Part shown: positions 1 to 9,748 of the stretch, one piece after another | Layout: every line of letters starts with the position of its first letter | Position numbering within the stretch: position 1 is the first letter of the stretch | Assembly: GCA_965371515.1 (NCBI GenBank) | Contig: CBDUYR010000004.1 | Location: 11,594 to 75,593, forward strand | Origin: an uncultured bacterium | GTDB taxonomy: Bacteria > Krumholzibacteriota > Krumholzibacteriia > Krumholzibacteriales > Krumholzibacteriaceae | Direction: 5' to 3' | Length of the DNA stretch: 64,000 bases | Made by a program: the position numbers and the translations under genes | The notes under the pieces: model-generated | Seen by the model: only the letters and a program-made list of their open reading frames with translations | The model's database searches: none | What the model was told of the DNA's origin: nothing

Positions 1-749
1 GAGAGGTGCACGTCGCTGGAAAGGCTGTACAGGGTGCCGGCGATGTGATTTCCGGAAATGTTATTTTCGGGGTGTTCTTTCGTGGGCATCGGTCCCGTTC
101 CCGATGCAACGTATATCTGAACGTCGATCGTCATTATATAAGGATACGGCAACGGCGCATCGACCGATGTCGATTGCACGCAGTAGTAATCCCACTGGTA
201 AGCGCCGCCGCTGTTGAATTTGGACCTCATCTTCACAGCGTACCATTCGGCATCGGCGACCGCGTCCCAGCTGATATGGACCATGTTCGCCGGCTCGTCG
301 GCGGAAGCCTCGACATTACGGGGCCTCGATCCCTCTATGTCAAGGATGTGCAGGCTCGCGCGATGGGCCTCGTTGCGGCAATAAAGCGCCAGCTCCGTAG
401 TCTCACCAGGAAAATACCCTATATACACACCCGATGGACACAAGACGCCGCCGAGGCCCGCTATGATCTGCCGCCCGTCGTTGGCGACCGTATGGGCAAA
501 GTCTCTTATGCAGCAGTACCAAAAGTCTCCGTCCACTGACACCGAATCCACTCCGTCGCCGGTACCGATCACATTGTAGACCTCTATGTACGCCGTGAAG
601 CGATTACCGTCTGTTGCCAAGCTTCCGATTGCGTACAGCGCCGGTGAGGAATCATTTTCCGGGCAACTCGTACAATCGTCCTCTCCACAACTCGAGACGA
701 TCAATACCAGGGCCGCCAGCACGGAAGTCAAAATTCCGCTTCGTTTCAT
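1..749 (-). CDS. hypothetical lipoprotein (3' end cut by window edge)
   Basis: Own translation of the minus strand from the ATG at 749-747 gives MKRSGILTSVLAALVLIVSSCGEDDCTSCPEND..., a signal peptide plus lipobox (VSSC). The frame stays open to the window edge. It is missing from the ORF track only because no stop lies inside the window. No family recognised. Confidence 0.6.
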   Translation of the reverse strand, partial: MKRSGILTSVLAALVLIVSSCGEDDCTSCPENDSSPALYAIGSLATDGNRFTAYIEVYNVIGTGDGVDSVSVDGDFWYCCIRDFAHTVANDGRQIIAGLGGVLCPSGVYIGYFPGETTELALYCRNEAHRASLHILDIEGSRPRNVEASADEPANMVHISWDAVADAEWYAVKMRSKFNSGGAYQWDYYCVQSTSVDAPLPYPYIMTIDVQIYVASGTGPMPTKEHPENNISGNHIAGTLYSLSSDVHL

Positions 750-865
750 TCGAAACTCCCCCTTCCAAAGTGAGTCTGTTGCCAACGACCGGATTCGATT
801 CCAGGGGCGATGACGAAGGTATCAACATGAATCGGGACCTGCAGGTCTACAAACGGCCCGAAGAC

Positions 866-3800
866 CTAGTTGGACGATACCGGCGTGGCGAGGGTCTCCT
901 TCTTCTTCGGGGCTGCGGGCTGCCGCCTGGCAAGCAGATCCTCGATCTCGGTCAGGTCGACCGACACGATCCTGGAGATGCCTTTCTCCTCCATAGTCAC
1001 TCCGAAGAGCTGGTCGGCAGCCGCCATCGTGCGCTTGTTGTGCGTGATTATGATGAACTGCGTATTCTCGGAGAACTTCTTGAGCATCCTCACGAATCTG
1101 TGGATGTTCGCGTCGTCTAGCGGAGCGTCGACCTCGTCGAAGATGCAGAAGGGGCTGGGCTTGGCCTTGTAGAGTGCGAACAGCAGAGCGAGTGCCGTCA
1201 GCGCACGCTCACCGCCCGAAAGCAGCGAAATGTCCTGGATCCGCTTACCTTTGGGCCTTGCCTTGATGATGATGTCCGCCTCTAGAGGATCGCTTCCCTC
1301 GCCGAGATGGAGGTCCGCCTCACCACCCTCGAACAGTACCTCGAATATCTCCGAGAAGTATTTCTTCACCGCGGTAAAGGTCTCTATAAACATCTTTCTC
1401 GCGCGTCTGTTTATCTTCCTTATCGCCTCGTCGAGCTCTTCCCTTGCCTTTATCAGGTCATCCCTCTGAGAGGTGAGGAACTCGAATCGCTGATTCTTCT
1501 CGTCGTATTCCTCGACGGCTGCGAGGTTGACGGGGCCGAGACTCTCGAGTTTGCGCTTCTCCCCCTCGAGCATCTCCTTCGTGATCAGACTCTCTTCTTC
1601 CGTCAGAGGGATCTCCAATCCCTCGAGATAGCAGCCGAGATCCTCTTCGTATAGCTCCATCCCGCGATCGACAAGGTCTTTCATGTGAGTCTCGGTCGAC
1701 GACAGGTTCACACGCAGGTCGTTGATCTTCTCGAAGATCGCCTCGCGCTCGGTCTTGCGCTCCTTCAGCTCGCCCTCGATCCCGCCGATCAATTCGCGCT
1801 TTTCCTCGAGCACGTCGTGCATCCGGCCGATCTCCTCCTCGTGTGAAGTCTCCTCATCGAGGAACGTCTTGACCACGGCCCTCTCTTCCTCGATCGATCG
1901 CTCGAGCCGTGCCGTCTCCTCCTTCGCCGAGCTGGTCTCGACGCTTCTCTGCTCGATAATCGCCCGGAACTGCTTCTCCATCTCACCGAGCCCGCGTAAT
2001 TCCTCGTTCTGCCTGTCGACCGTTCCCTGAAGCGATGCGAGCCTGACCTTTCCCGAGGTAAGCCCGGCATCGAGATCCTCCCTGTTCTTCCTCAGGACGG
2101 AGAGTTCCGATTCGAGCCGCTCGGAATCGGAGATGTCTCCCGAGCCCTGCTGCATCACAAGGGCGAGCCTGGCCTCCTCGAGCTTCGAGAGTGTCTCGAC
2201 GCGGCCGTTCTCCAGCTCGTCGAGGGACTTCATCATCATCGAGGTCTTCTCTTTCCCCATGATGTACTCGCGCTCGACCTCCTGGAAGGCCTCGCGCCTC
2301 CGTCCGAGCTCCTCGCGGGCGCGGATGGAAAGCCGTGCGATCTCCTCGATCCTCTCCCTGATAGATTCCTTCTCGTGCCGCAGCGATCCGCCTTCCTTCT
2401 CGAGGCCTGCGATCTTTTTCTCAAGAGAATGGATCTCTCCGGCGAGCCTCTCGATCTCCCCCGTCCTGCCGAATATCGACACCTCTTCGCCGGGAGAACC
2501 GGAAAAATAGATTCCCCTGCCCCTCGAATAGTAGATCCCCGACAGCGAAACAGCGCCCGCTGTTCCTCCACTGTCGGAGGTAATAAAGTCGAGCGCGTTC
2601 TCTATCGTGTCGAAGAGGTAGATCCCGGCGAGAAGCTGGTCGACAGCCCTCCTCGCCTCGGCAGGCGTGTCGACAAACGACGCCAAGGCGCCGAGCATAC
2701 CGGCTGCCTTCGGCGCAGGTTCGCCGGAGGCTTTCCAGACCGGATCGTCGGCAAGGAATCTCGCTCCGCCGAACTTTCCTTCGGAGAGCTCTCGCGCGAG
2801 ATCGACGGCACCTGTGATGCTGTCGATCACGACTCCGTCCATCAGTCCGCCGAGGACCGCCTCGAGCCCCCTGCGGTATTCCTTTTTCGTCTCTATCATA
2901 TCCGCGAGAGGCCCCCTCACGCGCGAGTCGCTCTTCTTGAGAACGTGCCTCGCGCCTCCGGGGAATCCCTCGAAGTCTTCCTTCATCCTCGTGAAGAGCT
3001 CGTGCCGGCTCTTCATAGCGGCGAGCGACGCCTTCTTCCCGGCAACGACCGACGCATTCGCGCCTACCTCACTCTCGACGACCTCGAGCCTCGCCGACCT
3101 CTCGACGCCCTCGTTCTCGAGCGACGAAAGCACCCGCTGCGCATCGCCGAGCGCCCCCTCCCGCGCGTCGCGTTCCCCGGAGAACTTCGCCGTCTCAGAT
3201 TCGAGGGAAACGATCCGCTCGCGCATCTTCCCCGACCTGTCGTCGAGGTCGGCAAGTATCTGCTCGTAATGCTCAACCGTGCTTTTCACGCGCGCCTGGT
3301 CCTGGATGAAATCGAGCTGGGTCTGCTTCAGGTCGATGAGCTCTCCCTGGATGCGCTCTATTTTCACCGAGACTTCCTCAAACAGACCGCCGAGTTTTTT
3401 GATCTCTTCCTGTTCCGAGGCGATCGATTCGCCGGTCACTGCCACCTCAGTCTTCACTCCTTCGATCCTTTCGGCGATCCGCTCGAGACGCGTTCCCGCC
3501 TCCTCGATCTCGCGGCCTGCACGCTCGATAAGCCGCTCCGCCTCGCCCTTGCGCTCGCTGAACTGGATGATCTTCTCTTCAGCTCCCTGGATCTTTCTTC
3601 TGACCTCGTAACGTCTGTTCTGCAGGTCGGTGTTTTTCTTCTCCAGCTCGACGAGAAGCAGTTTCTCCTCCTCGACCTTCCTCTCGCGCTCCTCGAGCGA
3701 TACGTCGTCGCGCTCGGTCAGCTCCCGGCTTCCCGCCAGCGTCTTTTCGGCTTCCCGTTTTTTCCCGAGCAGTTCCGAGAGATTCCTTCGCAGGTACACA

Positions 3801-4480
3801 AGACCATAGGAGCGGATCCTCTCGCTGATCGTACGGTACCGCTTCGTCTTGCCTACCTGGTACTTCAGGGAGCGTACGTTCCTGCCGAGTTCCTCCAGGA
3901 TGTCGTCGAGCCTCAGAAGGTCGTTCTCGGTGAGCTTGAGCTTTCTCTTCGCCTCCTCACGCCTCATCCTGTACTTCACAATACCGGCCGCTTCCTCGAA
4001 CATATGCCTTCGTTCGCCGTGCGCGTCGTTGAGGACATACTCGACCATCTCCTGCTCGATTACCGAGTAGGAATGGCTGCCCGTCCCCGTATCGGCGAAG
4101 AGTTCCCTGATGTCCTTCAGCCTGCAGGGAGACTTGTTTATGAAATACTCGCTTATCCCCGACCTGTAGACCTTCCTCGTGATCGTGATCTCGGAATAGT
4201 CGATCGGGAAGGCACCCCTCTCGTTGCTCACCGTCATGTTGACGAGGGCAAAGCCGGTGGGTTTGTGGACCTCGGTGCCGTTGAAGATGACATTCTCCAT
4301 CTTCGTGCTTCGAAGCTGTCTGGCGCTCTGTTCCCCGAGCACCCACCTGACGGCGTCGACTATATTGGTCTTCCCGCATCCGTTCGGGCCGAGGATGCAT
4401 GTAATTCCTTCCCTCAGTTCAAGGGTGGCGGGATTCATGAACGATTTGAATCCAACAAGCTCCAGTCTGGAAAGACTCAC
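866..4480 (-). CDS. smc: chromosome segregation protein SMC
   Basis: 1204 aa. N-terminal Walker A (GPNGCGKTNIVDAV), long coiled-coil E/R/K/L-rich arms, and C-terminal signature plus Walker B (LSGGERALTALALLFALYKAKPSPFCIFDEVDAPLD). GTG start preceded by GGAGGTG. Confidence 0.97.
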   Translation of the reverse strand: MSLSRLELVGFKSFMNPATLELREGITCILGPNGCGKTNIVDAVRWVLGEQSARQLRSTKMENVIFNGTEVHKPTGFALVNMTVSNERGAFPIDYSEITITRKVYRSGISEYFINKSPCRLKDIRELFADTGTGSHSYSVIEQEMVEYVLNDAHGERRHMFEEAAGIVKYRMRREEAKRKLKLTENDLLRLDDILEELGRNVRSLKYQVGKTKRYRTISERIRSYGLVYLRRNLSELLGKKREAEKTLAGSRELTERDDVSLEERERKVEEEKLLLVELEKKNTDLQNRRYEVRRKIQGAEEKIIQFSERKGEAERLIERAGREIEEAGTRLERIAERIEGVKTEVAVTGESIASEQEEIKKLGGLFEEVSVKIERIQGELIDLKQTQLDFIQDQARVKSTVEHYEQILADLDDRSGKMRERIVSLESETAKFSGERDAREGALGDAQRVLSSLENEGVERSARLEVVESEVGANASVVAGKKASLAAMKSRHELFTRMKEDFEGFPGGARHVLKKSDSRVRGPLADMIETKKEYRRGLEAVLGGLMDGVVIDSITGAVDLARELSEGKFGGARFLADDPVWKASGEPAPKAAGMLGALASFVDTPAEARRAVDQLLAGIYLFDTIENALDFITSDSGGTAGAVSLSGIYYSRGRGIYFSGSPGEEVSIFGRTGEIERLAGEIHSLEKKIAGLEKEGGSLRHEKESIRERIEEIARLSIRAREELGRRREAFQEVEREYIMGKEKTSMMMKSLDELENGRVETLSKLEEARLALVMQQGSGDISDSERLESELSVLRKNREDLDAGLTSGKVRLASLQGTVDRQNEELRGLGEMEKQFRAIIEQRSVETSSAKEETARLERSIEEERAVVKTFLDEETSHEEEIGRMHDVLEEKRELIGGIEGELKERKTEREAIFEKINDLRVNLSSTETHMKDLVDRGMELYEEDLGCYLEGLEIPLTEEESLITKEMLEGEKRKLESLGPVNLAAVEEYDEKNQRFEFLTSQRDDLIKAREELDEAIRKINRRARKMFIETFTAVKKYFSEIFEVLFEGGEADLHLGEGSDPLEADIIIKARPKGKRIQDISLLSGGERALTALALLFALYKAKPSPFCIFDEVDAPLDDANIHRFVRMLKKFSENTQFIIITHNKRTMAAADQLFGVTMEEKGISRIVSVDLTEIEDLLARRQPAAPKKKETLATPVSSN

Positions 4481-4511
4481 CTTACAGCACCTCCGCGCTT
4501 AATGGCGTACA

Positions 4512-5933
4512 TCAGTTGTTTGAATCCTTCAGGGTCACGACTTTCGCGTAACCTATCCTGGAAAGGTCGAGCAGCTGCAGTCTCGCAGCCACGGCCTCCT
4601 CCCGCGTCCTGTACTCTCCTACATGGACCCTGTACCACGTCTTGCCGCTCACCTCTGTCGCGATGACAACGGCGTAATAACCTTTTTTCTCCAGGTAGTC
4701 CGTTTCTTTTCCGGCTCTGCTTATCTCCCTGAACGACGCAACGTGGACGGCAAAATACGAGCCTTCCGGGGCCGGCGTAACGATCTCCGGTTCTGGGCTC
4801 GACAGAGCCGTACCGGTCCCGGCTTCACCGCCGGCCGGCGCATCGGTAATCGTCTTCTCTCCTGCGGGCTTTTCAACGGGTTCTTCAGTGAGCTTACCGG
4901 TCGTATCGACCTCATCCTGGCTGCGGTCTTTCATCTCCTTGACATCGAGCTGTTTCTGCACGAGCTCCGCCGTCTTGCTCTCGCCTTCCTTCTCGCTGAT
5001 CGACTTGTGGATCATGAAGAACCAGACGAGAAAGACCACGACAACGACTATGACGCCCGCCGTGACGAAGTGCGGCAGGGTCATCCCCCCACCCCTGCGC
5101 TTCCCGTCGCTCTCGAGTTCGGCCGTCTTCTCGATCGCTGCCGCTTCATACTGACTTCCCCGCCCGTCTTCTTCGCTCTCATCGGCCCCTTCTCCAGAGA
5201 GAACATCTCCATCCTCTCCGAAGCAGACCATGTCTACCGGCGCGAGATCGGACCCGAGATCTTCGAGGTTTTTCTGGAGCTGACCTTCCGGCATCTCCTC
5301 GAGCCTGCATGCGAGAAAGATGGAGTCTGCCAGCGAAGCGAGCGGATTGACCGTCCCATCGTCCGTATAGAGGGTCGAGCAGTATATGACCACATCGTGG
5401 CTGCGGCTGAGAAAATTCCTCATCTTGGTGAATTCCTTCTTCGCGAAGGGAATCGTGCGCGAAACAGGAAATGAGCCGGGCCCTACGACGATCACGCCGT
5501 CGATGCCTGTCGACCGAGCGACGGTCTTCAGCGAACTCCCGTAGAGGAGCAGGTCCAGAAAACCGTGATCCTCGGTGTTCTCGACGAGACCGCTCAGCCC
5601 GGGAGAGAGGAAATCGCAGTCCACGATCAGCACGTCCTTTCCGTGCTTCGCGAGGATATGGGCTATCTGGAGTACCGAGAAATCCCTCGACAGCCTGTTC
5701 TCCCCTACGGACATCGCAAGGATCGAGCGGCTCCCTTGCTCGGTGAGCCTCCCCTCGATCCTCGCTCCGAGCTCGATGAAGCGCTCCATCTCACGGGCCG
5801 ATGAAAAATCTCCCGACGACATGAACGCCCTTATGCTCTCCTCGCCGAGCAGTATCGAGAACCCGCCCTCGATGGGATTGCACTTTCGTCTTTCGGAGGG
5901 CATTTCGCGTTCTTCATCGCCCATGTGGATCAC
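4512..5933 (-). CDS. SPOR domain membrane protein with degenerate ParA/BY-kinase-like N-terminal domain
   Basis: 473 aa. N-terminal region has the layout of MinD/ParA/BY-kinase P-loop NTPases (VLIVDCDFLSPGL...), but GENRLSRD sits where the GxGKS/T Walker A is expected. One TM helix (VTAGVIVVVVVFLVWFFMI). C-terminal SPOR-like repeat (YFAVHVASFRE...WYRVHVGEYRTREEA). Its start overlaps the selA stop by 4 nt. Confidence 0.8.
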   Translation of the reverse strand: MIHMGDEEREMPSERRKCNPIEGGFSILLGEESIRAFMSSGDFSSAREMERFIELGARIEGRLTEQGSRSILAMSVGENRLSRDFSVLQIAHILAKHGKDVLIVDCDFLSPGLSGLVENTEDHGFLDLLLYGSSLKTVARSTGIDGVIVVGPGSFPVSRTIPFAKKEFTKMRNFLSRSHDVVIYCSTLYTDDGTVNPLASLADSIFLACRLEEMPEGQLQKNLEDLGSDLAPVDMVCFGEDGDVLSGEGADESEEDGRGSQYEAAAIEKTAELESDGKRRGGGMTLPHFVTAGVIVVVVVFLVWFFMIHKSISEKEGESKTAELVQKQLDVKEMKDRSQDEVDTTGKLTEEPVEKPAGEKTITDAPAGGEAGTGTALSSPEPEIVTPAPEGSYFAVHVASFREISRAGKETDYLEKKGYYAVVIATEVSGKTWYRVHVGEYRTREEAVAARLQLLDLSRIGYAKVVTLKDSNN

Positions 5934-7393
5934 TCCCTCTCTTTCACATTCCTCATCGCTGCAGCGAGGTTTTCGATAAGTATTTCTTCCTCATCGGCCG
6001 GGACCGTCCTTAGGTCCACGAATACCGAGTCGCCCCGGACCCTTGCCAGCACAGGCGGATCGAGCTTTCTGAGCTCTCGTTCCAGGTACTGGGGCCCGCC
6101 AGCTGTGAGATTAATCCGCAAAAGCGCCGTCCGCAAGGGATTAATGGGAAAGCTGCCCCCCCCGATCGACGTCTCTCCTTCGATTACCTCGATTCCGAAC
6201 CCGTCGGGCACATCTTCTCTTAGTCTCTCCGCCGCGTCACGCGTGCGTGCAGCAAGCGCACCCTGGTCTTCCAATATCATCCTCAGTGCCGGGATGCGGT
6301 CGAACTCTCCGTTCCAGTAATGCACGAGGACCTGTTCGAGCCCGGCGAGCGTCATCTTGTCGATGCGAAGCGCCCTCGACATATGGTTATCCCGCATCCT
6401 CCCGACGAGATCCGTTTCGCCGAGGAGTATCCCCGCCTGCGGTCCGCCGAGCACCTTGTCGGCGCTGAATGAAACGATATCAACGCCTGTATCGAGCACC
6501 GGAAGGATACTCTCCTCTCCCTCCAATCCCTCGCTCTCGACTGGATAGAGAATACCGCTCCCCTGATCATACATGACGGGGATATTTCTTTTCTTTCCAA
6601 GTTCTGCCAATGCGGCAACCGTTACCTCATCGGTATATCCGATTACTTTATAGTTGCTCGTATGCACCTTCAGGAGAAGTGTGGCCCCCTCGTCGATCGC
6701 CCTCTCGTAATCTCCGAGATGAGTCCTGTTTGTCGTCCCGACCTCGATGACCCTCCCGGCGGCGCGGGCCAGGATCTCGGGAAGCCTGAAGCTCCCTCCT
6801 ATCTCGACCAGTTCCCCGCGCGAGACGGCTACCGCGCCATCGCGGGCGAACGTATCGACTGCCAGCAGGACGGCGGCCGCGTTGTTGTTCACGACGAGGG
6901 CCTCTCCGCATCCCGTGATGGCGCGGAGCAGAGTTGTGACCCTCCTCGACCGGCTCGTCCTCGAGCCGCTTTCGATATCCATCTCGAGATCGGTGTAGCC
7001 GGAGGCGGCGATAAGTACCGCCGATACCGTCGCGGAGTCCAGCACCGCCCTGCCGAGATTGGTATGGAGGATAACGCCCGTTGCGTTGATCACGCGCCGC
7101 TGCCTGTCTGAGACCAGCGACTCGATCTCCCGCACGGCCGAACCGGCGATGCTCTCGAGAATCAGAGCAGCATCCTCTCCGTTTTCGATCTCGCCGCTGA
7201 CGAGTCCTTCTCTGTACGATTCTATCCTGTTCCTGACGATACGGGTTATCCCGCGCTTCGACATCATGTTGATGCGCGGAGTGATCCTCTTGTCCTCGAG
7301 GACCCGCTCGACAGAGGGTAAGTTCCTCAGAAAGGCATTCCTGTCCATTCCACCCCTGCCCGTTCTCCTGTTAAACCTGTCATTTTCTACCAT
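5930..7393 (-). CDS. selA: L-seryl-tRNA(Sec) selenium transferase
   Basis: 487 aa with SelA hallmarks: VINATGVILHTNLGRA, VNNNAAAVLL, VSRGELVEIGGSFR, KVHTSNY, and the PLP lysine motif FSADKVLGGPQAGI. Confidence 0.93.
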   Translation of the reverse strand: MVENDRFNRRTGRGGMDRNAFLRNLPSVERVLEDKRITPRINMMSKRGITRIVRNRIESYREGLVSGEIENGEDAALILESIAGSAVREIESLVSDRQRRVINATGVILHTNLGRAVLDSATVSAVLIAASGYTDLEMDIESGSRTSRSRRVTTLLRAITGCGEALVVNNNAAAVLLAVDTFARDGAVAVSRGELVEIGGSFRLPEILARAAGRVIEVGTTNRTHLGDYERAIDEGATLLLKVHTSNYKVIGYTDEVTVAALAELGKKRNIPVMYDQGSGILYPVESEGLEGEESILPVLDTGVDIVSFSADKVLGGPQAGILLGETDLVGRMRDNHMSRALRIDKMTLAGLEQVLVHYWNGEFDRIPALRMILEDQGALAARTRDAAERLREDVPDGFGIEVIEGETSIGGGSFPINPLRTALLRINLTAGGPQYLERELRKLDPPVLARVRGDSVFVDLRTVPADEEEILIENLAAAMRNVKERE

Positions 7394-7588
7394 ATGTTGT
7401 GGTGCCCGTCAACTGTTTTAACAATATATTGTAAGCGGGTTTGTCGGTTTTCTTTGCTCCCCTCTGTCAGGTCCATATAAATTCAGCTTCGCGATCCGGT
7501 GAAACGATACCGAATTTGCCACTTGATGCCCGGGAGTCTATCTGATACACAGCAGATGTAATGAGTTACAGAGCCCGGGGAGGAACCG

Positions 7589-9673
7589 ATGAGACACAGG
7601 ACAATTACCCTCTCAATATCGATGCTGCTGACGGCTGCCCTTATGACGGGCTGCGGCGGTAAGAAAACGATGTACGACTCCCTCTATTCCGAGCTGTCCG
7701 AGGACATCTCCGCTTCCGATCCCTCGGTCCTCTCGGAGCGCAGGATAGTAATCGATCCCGGTCACGGCGGGGAGTACGACGGTGCGATGGGAGCCGACAG
7801 CCTCAGCGAGGCCGAGGTCAACCTCGGCGTCGCCCTCTATCTGTGGGGCCTGCTCAGGGAGGCGGGCGCAGAGGTCCACATGACCAGGTCGACCGACAGG
7901 GATTTCCTGCCCGAAGGCGCGGCGGAATCCGGGACCGGTCTCGCCGCGCTGCTCAGGGATGACCTTGCCGCCCGGATCGAGAGAGCGAACGAATTCGAAC
8001 CGGAGGTCTTCATCTCGATCCACCACAACTCGAACATCGCCCTGGACCGTGAGAGAAACGCCGTCGAGATCTATTACAAGGGTTCCGACCACGGCGCATC
8101 CCTCGAGCTCGCTACCGATATACATACTCATCTGGCTAGAAACCTCGGTATTACCGCTACCGCCATCAGACCGGGAAATTATTATGTTCTGCGCAACTCG
8201 AAGGCCGGGGCCGCGATACTGGGTGAGGCAAGCTACATCTCGAATCCCGCCGTCGAGGATAAACTGAAGCTCTCGGCAAAGCAGAAGCTCGAGGCCGAGG
8301 CATACTACCTCGGCCTGATAAAATATTTTTCCGGGGGCGTCCCCGTTATCGCGATGGCGGAGCCTGGAACGGACACGCTCACCGTTCCCGGAAAACTCGA
8401 GTTCACCGTCGTACCCGGCGCGGGCATCCCGATCGATCCCGCCTCGCCCGAAGCCAGGATCAACGGCAGGAGGGTCGACTGCTTCCAGCCGTCGGCCGGC
8501 GAAAGGCCATTCTGCCTCATGCCTTCCTCCATGCCTAACGGAACCTTCACGATCTCCTTCTCAACGAGGAGCGTGAGGGGAGCCACTGCGACCTACGGCC
8601 CGAAAGAGATGCTGCTCGACCGTCCGGCGAGGTTCTTCCTGCCGATGGACCCTCTCCCCGACGGTAAGGGGCGGATAGTGTTGAGAGTGCTCGTGCTCGA
8701 TTCGGGGGGCCGCCCTGTCGCCGACGGAAAGACGGTCACGATGAAAGCGGCCGTTAAAAAAGGTGGCAGTTCCGTGCGTACGAGAAAAGGTATTGCCTTA
8801 TTCGTTCGCGACAGCGCCGGCGGCAGACATGTCGTCTCATCCGGCACCTCCGTCGATACCCTGGCCTTCGCCTGGGACGGACCTTTGACCGAGGTACTGA
8901 CCCTGGCCCTGGACGGCCTGACCGGCAGGCCTGTTCAACGAGCCGTTCTCCGCTGCGCGGACGGGGAAACGGCAGCGGGCGACCGGAAGGGCGCCATCAG
9001 ATCGGCGACGGTTGACACGGCAGGAGCTGTCATCTACGCGTCGGGATACCATCCGGCGCCCCTCGAACGCATGGTCGAGGGCGGGAAGGTCCCGGTCACG
9101 AAGATGACTCCTATCTTCGGAGGAGTCCTGCACGGAAAGAGGATAGTCATCGATCCCGCCGGGGGCGGAACTGACGACGCGGGCAGGGGAGCCGCCGCGC
9201 TGCGCGGTGCTACTGTCAACATGCGCCTTGCGAGGGAGCTCGAAAACAGACTCACGGCGGCCGGCGCCTCGGTGCTGGTGACGAGAAACGGAGAAGAACA
9301 TCTGTCGGACGAGCAACGGATATTCAGGGTGAACAGATTCGGAGCCGACCTGGCGATCAGTGTGAGATTCGGCGGCGCGTTGGAACCGGGAGACGGATGC
9401 CTCGTCTATCACTATCCCGGCAGCGTCGCAGGAACGGCAGTCGCCGACAGCCTCGTCTCGAACCTTGCGGGAACGCCGCCGTGCGAAGAGGTGGAAGTCG
9501 TCGAATCGGTCGAGCTTTTCCTTCAGCAGACGAACTGTCCGGCTATTGTGATCTCGGGAGGATCCCTTTCCGACGACGACACGGAGAACATCCTCGGATC
9601 CTTCCGCTGGACCGGGCTCGAAGCAGAAGCGATATTGCTGTCTCTGCTCGTATACTTCGGCGCGGAAGACTGA
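7589..9673 (+). CDS. N-acetylmuramoyl-L-alanine amidase lipoprotein with two Amidase_3-like domains
   Basis: 694 aa. Lipobox LMTGC. Domain 1 (about aa 52-235) has DPGHGG, SEAEVNL, SIHHNS and LGEASYISNP. Domain 2 (about aa 517-665) is collinear, but all four motifs are substituted (DPAGGG, RGATVNM, SVRFGG, ISGGSLSD). Confidence 0.9.
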   Translation: MRHRTITLSISMLLTAALMTGCGGKKTMYDSLYSELSEDISASDPSVLSERRIVIDPGHGGEYDGAMGADSLSEAEVNLGVALYLWGLLREAGAEVHMTRSTDRDFLPEGAAESGTGLAALLRDDLAARIERANEFEPEVFISIHHNSNIALDRERNAVEIYYKGSDHGASLELATDIHTHLARNLGITATAIRPGNYYVLRNSKAGAAILGEASYISNPAVEDKLKLSAKQKLEAEAYYLGLIKYFSGGVPVIAMAEPGTDTLTVPGKLEFTVVPGAGIPIDPASPEARINGRRVDCFQPSAGERPFCLMPSSMPNGTFTISFSTRSVRGATATYGPKEMLLDRPARFFLPMDPLPDGKGRIVLRVLVLDSGGRPVADGKTVTMKAAVKKGGSSVRTRKGIALFVRDSAGGRHVVSSGTSVDTLAFAWDGPLTEVLTLALDGLTGRPVQRAVLRCADGETAAGDRKGAIRSATVDTAGAVIYASGYHPAPLERMVEGGKVPVTKMTPIFGGVLHGKRIVIDPAGGGTDDAGRGAAALRGATVNMRLARELENRLTAAGASVLVTRNGEEHLSDEQRIFRVNRFGADLAISVRFGGALEPGDGCLVYHYPGSVAGTAVADSLVSNLAGTPPCEEVEVVESVELFLQQTNCPAIVISGGSLSDDDTENILGSFRWTGLEAEAILLSLLVYFGAED

Positions 9674-9748
9674 TCTCCAGGAGATCGTTCACTCCCTGCC
9701 CGTCCTTGACCTTCTTCCCTGTCATTGCGATATTAAACGGGAACGGCC

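Noticed and set aside
6-539. A 177-aa plus-strand ORF at the window start.
   Set aside because: The opposite strand carries a continuous frame from the ATG at 749 with a signal peptide and lipobox. The plus-strand product has no features and is Arg-rich in the manner of an antisense artefact.
836-847. Perfect 12-nt palindrome GACCTGCAGGTC between smc and the downstream lipoprotein gene, considered as a possible operator.
   Set aside because: Perfect 12-nt palindromes are expected by chance more than ten times in 64 kb. There is no second copy and no adjacent regulator gene.
2375-4666. A 763-aa plus-strand ORF running antisense across smc and into the SPOR gene.
   Set aside because: It lies in exact codon register with smc: both use triplets starting at positions congruent to 2 mod 3. 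Its openness only reflects the absence of TTA, CTA and TCA codons in a GC3-biased gene. The translation is low-complexity (R/L/P/E-rich) with no recognisable domain, whereas the opposite strand encodes a textbook SMC.
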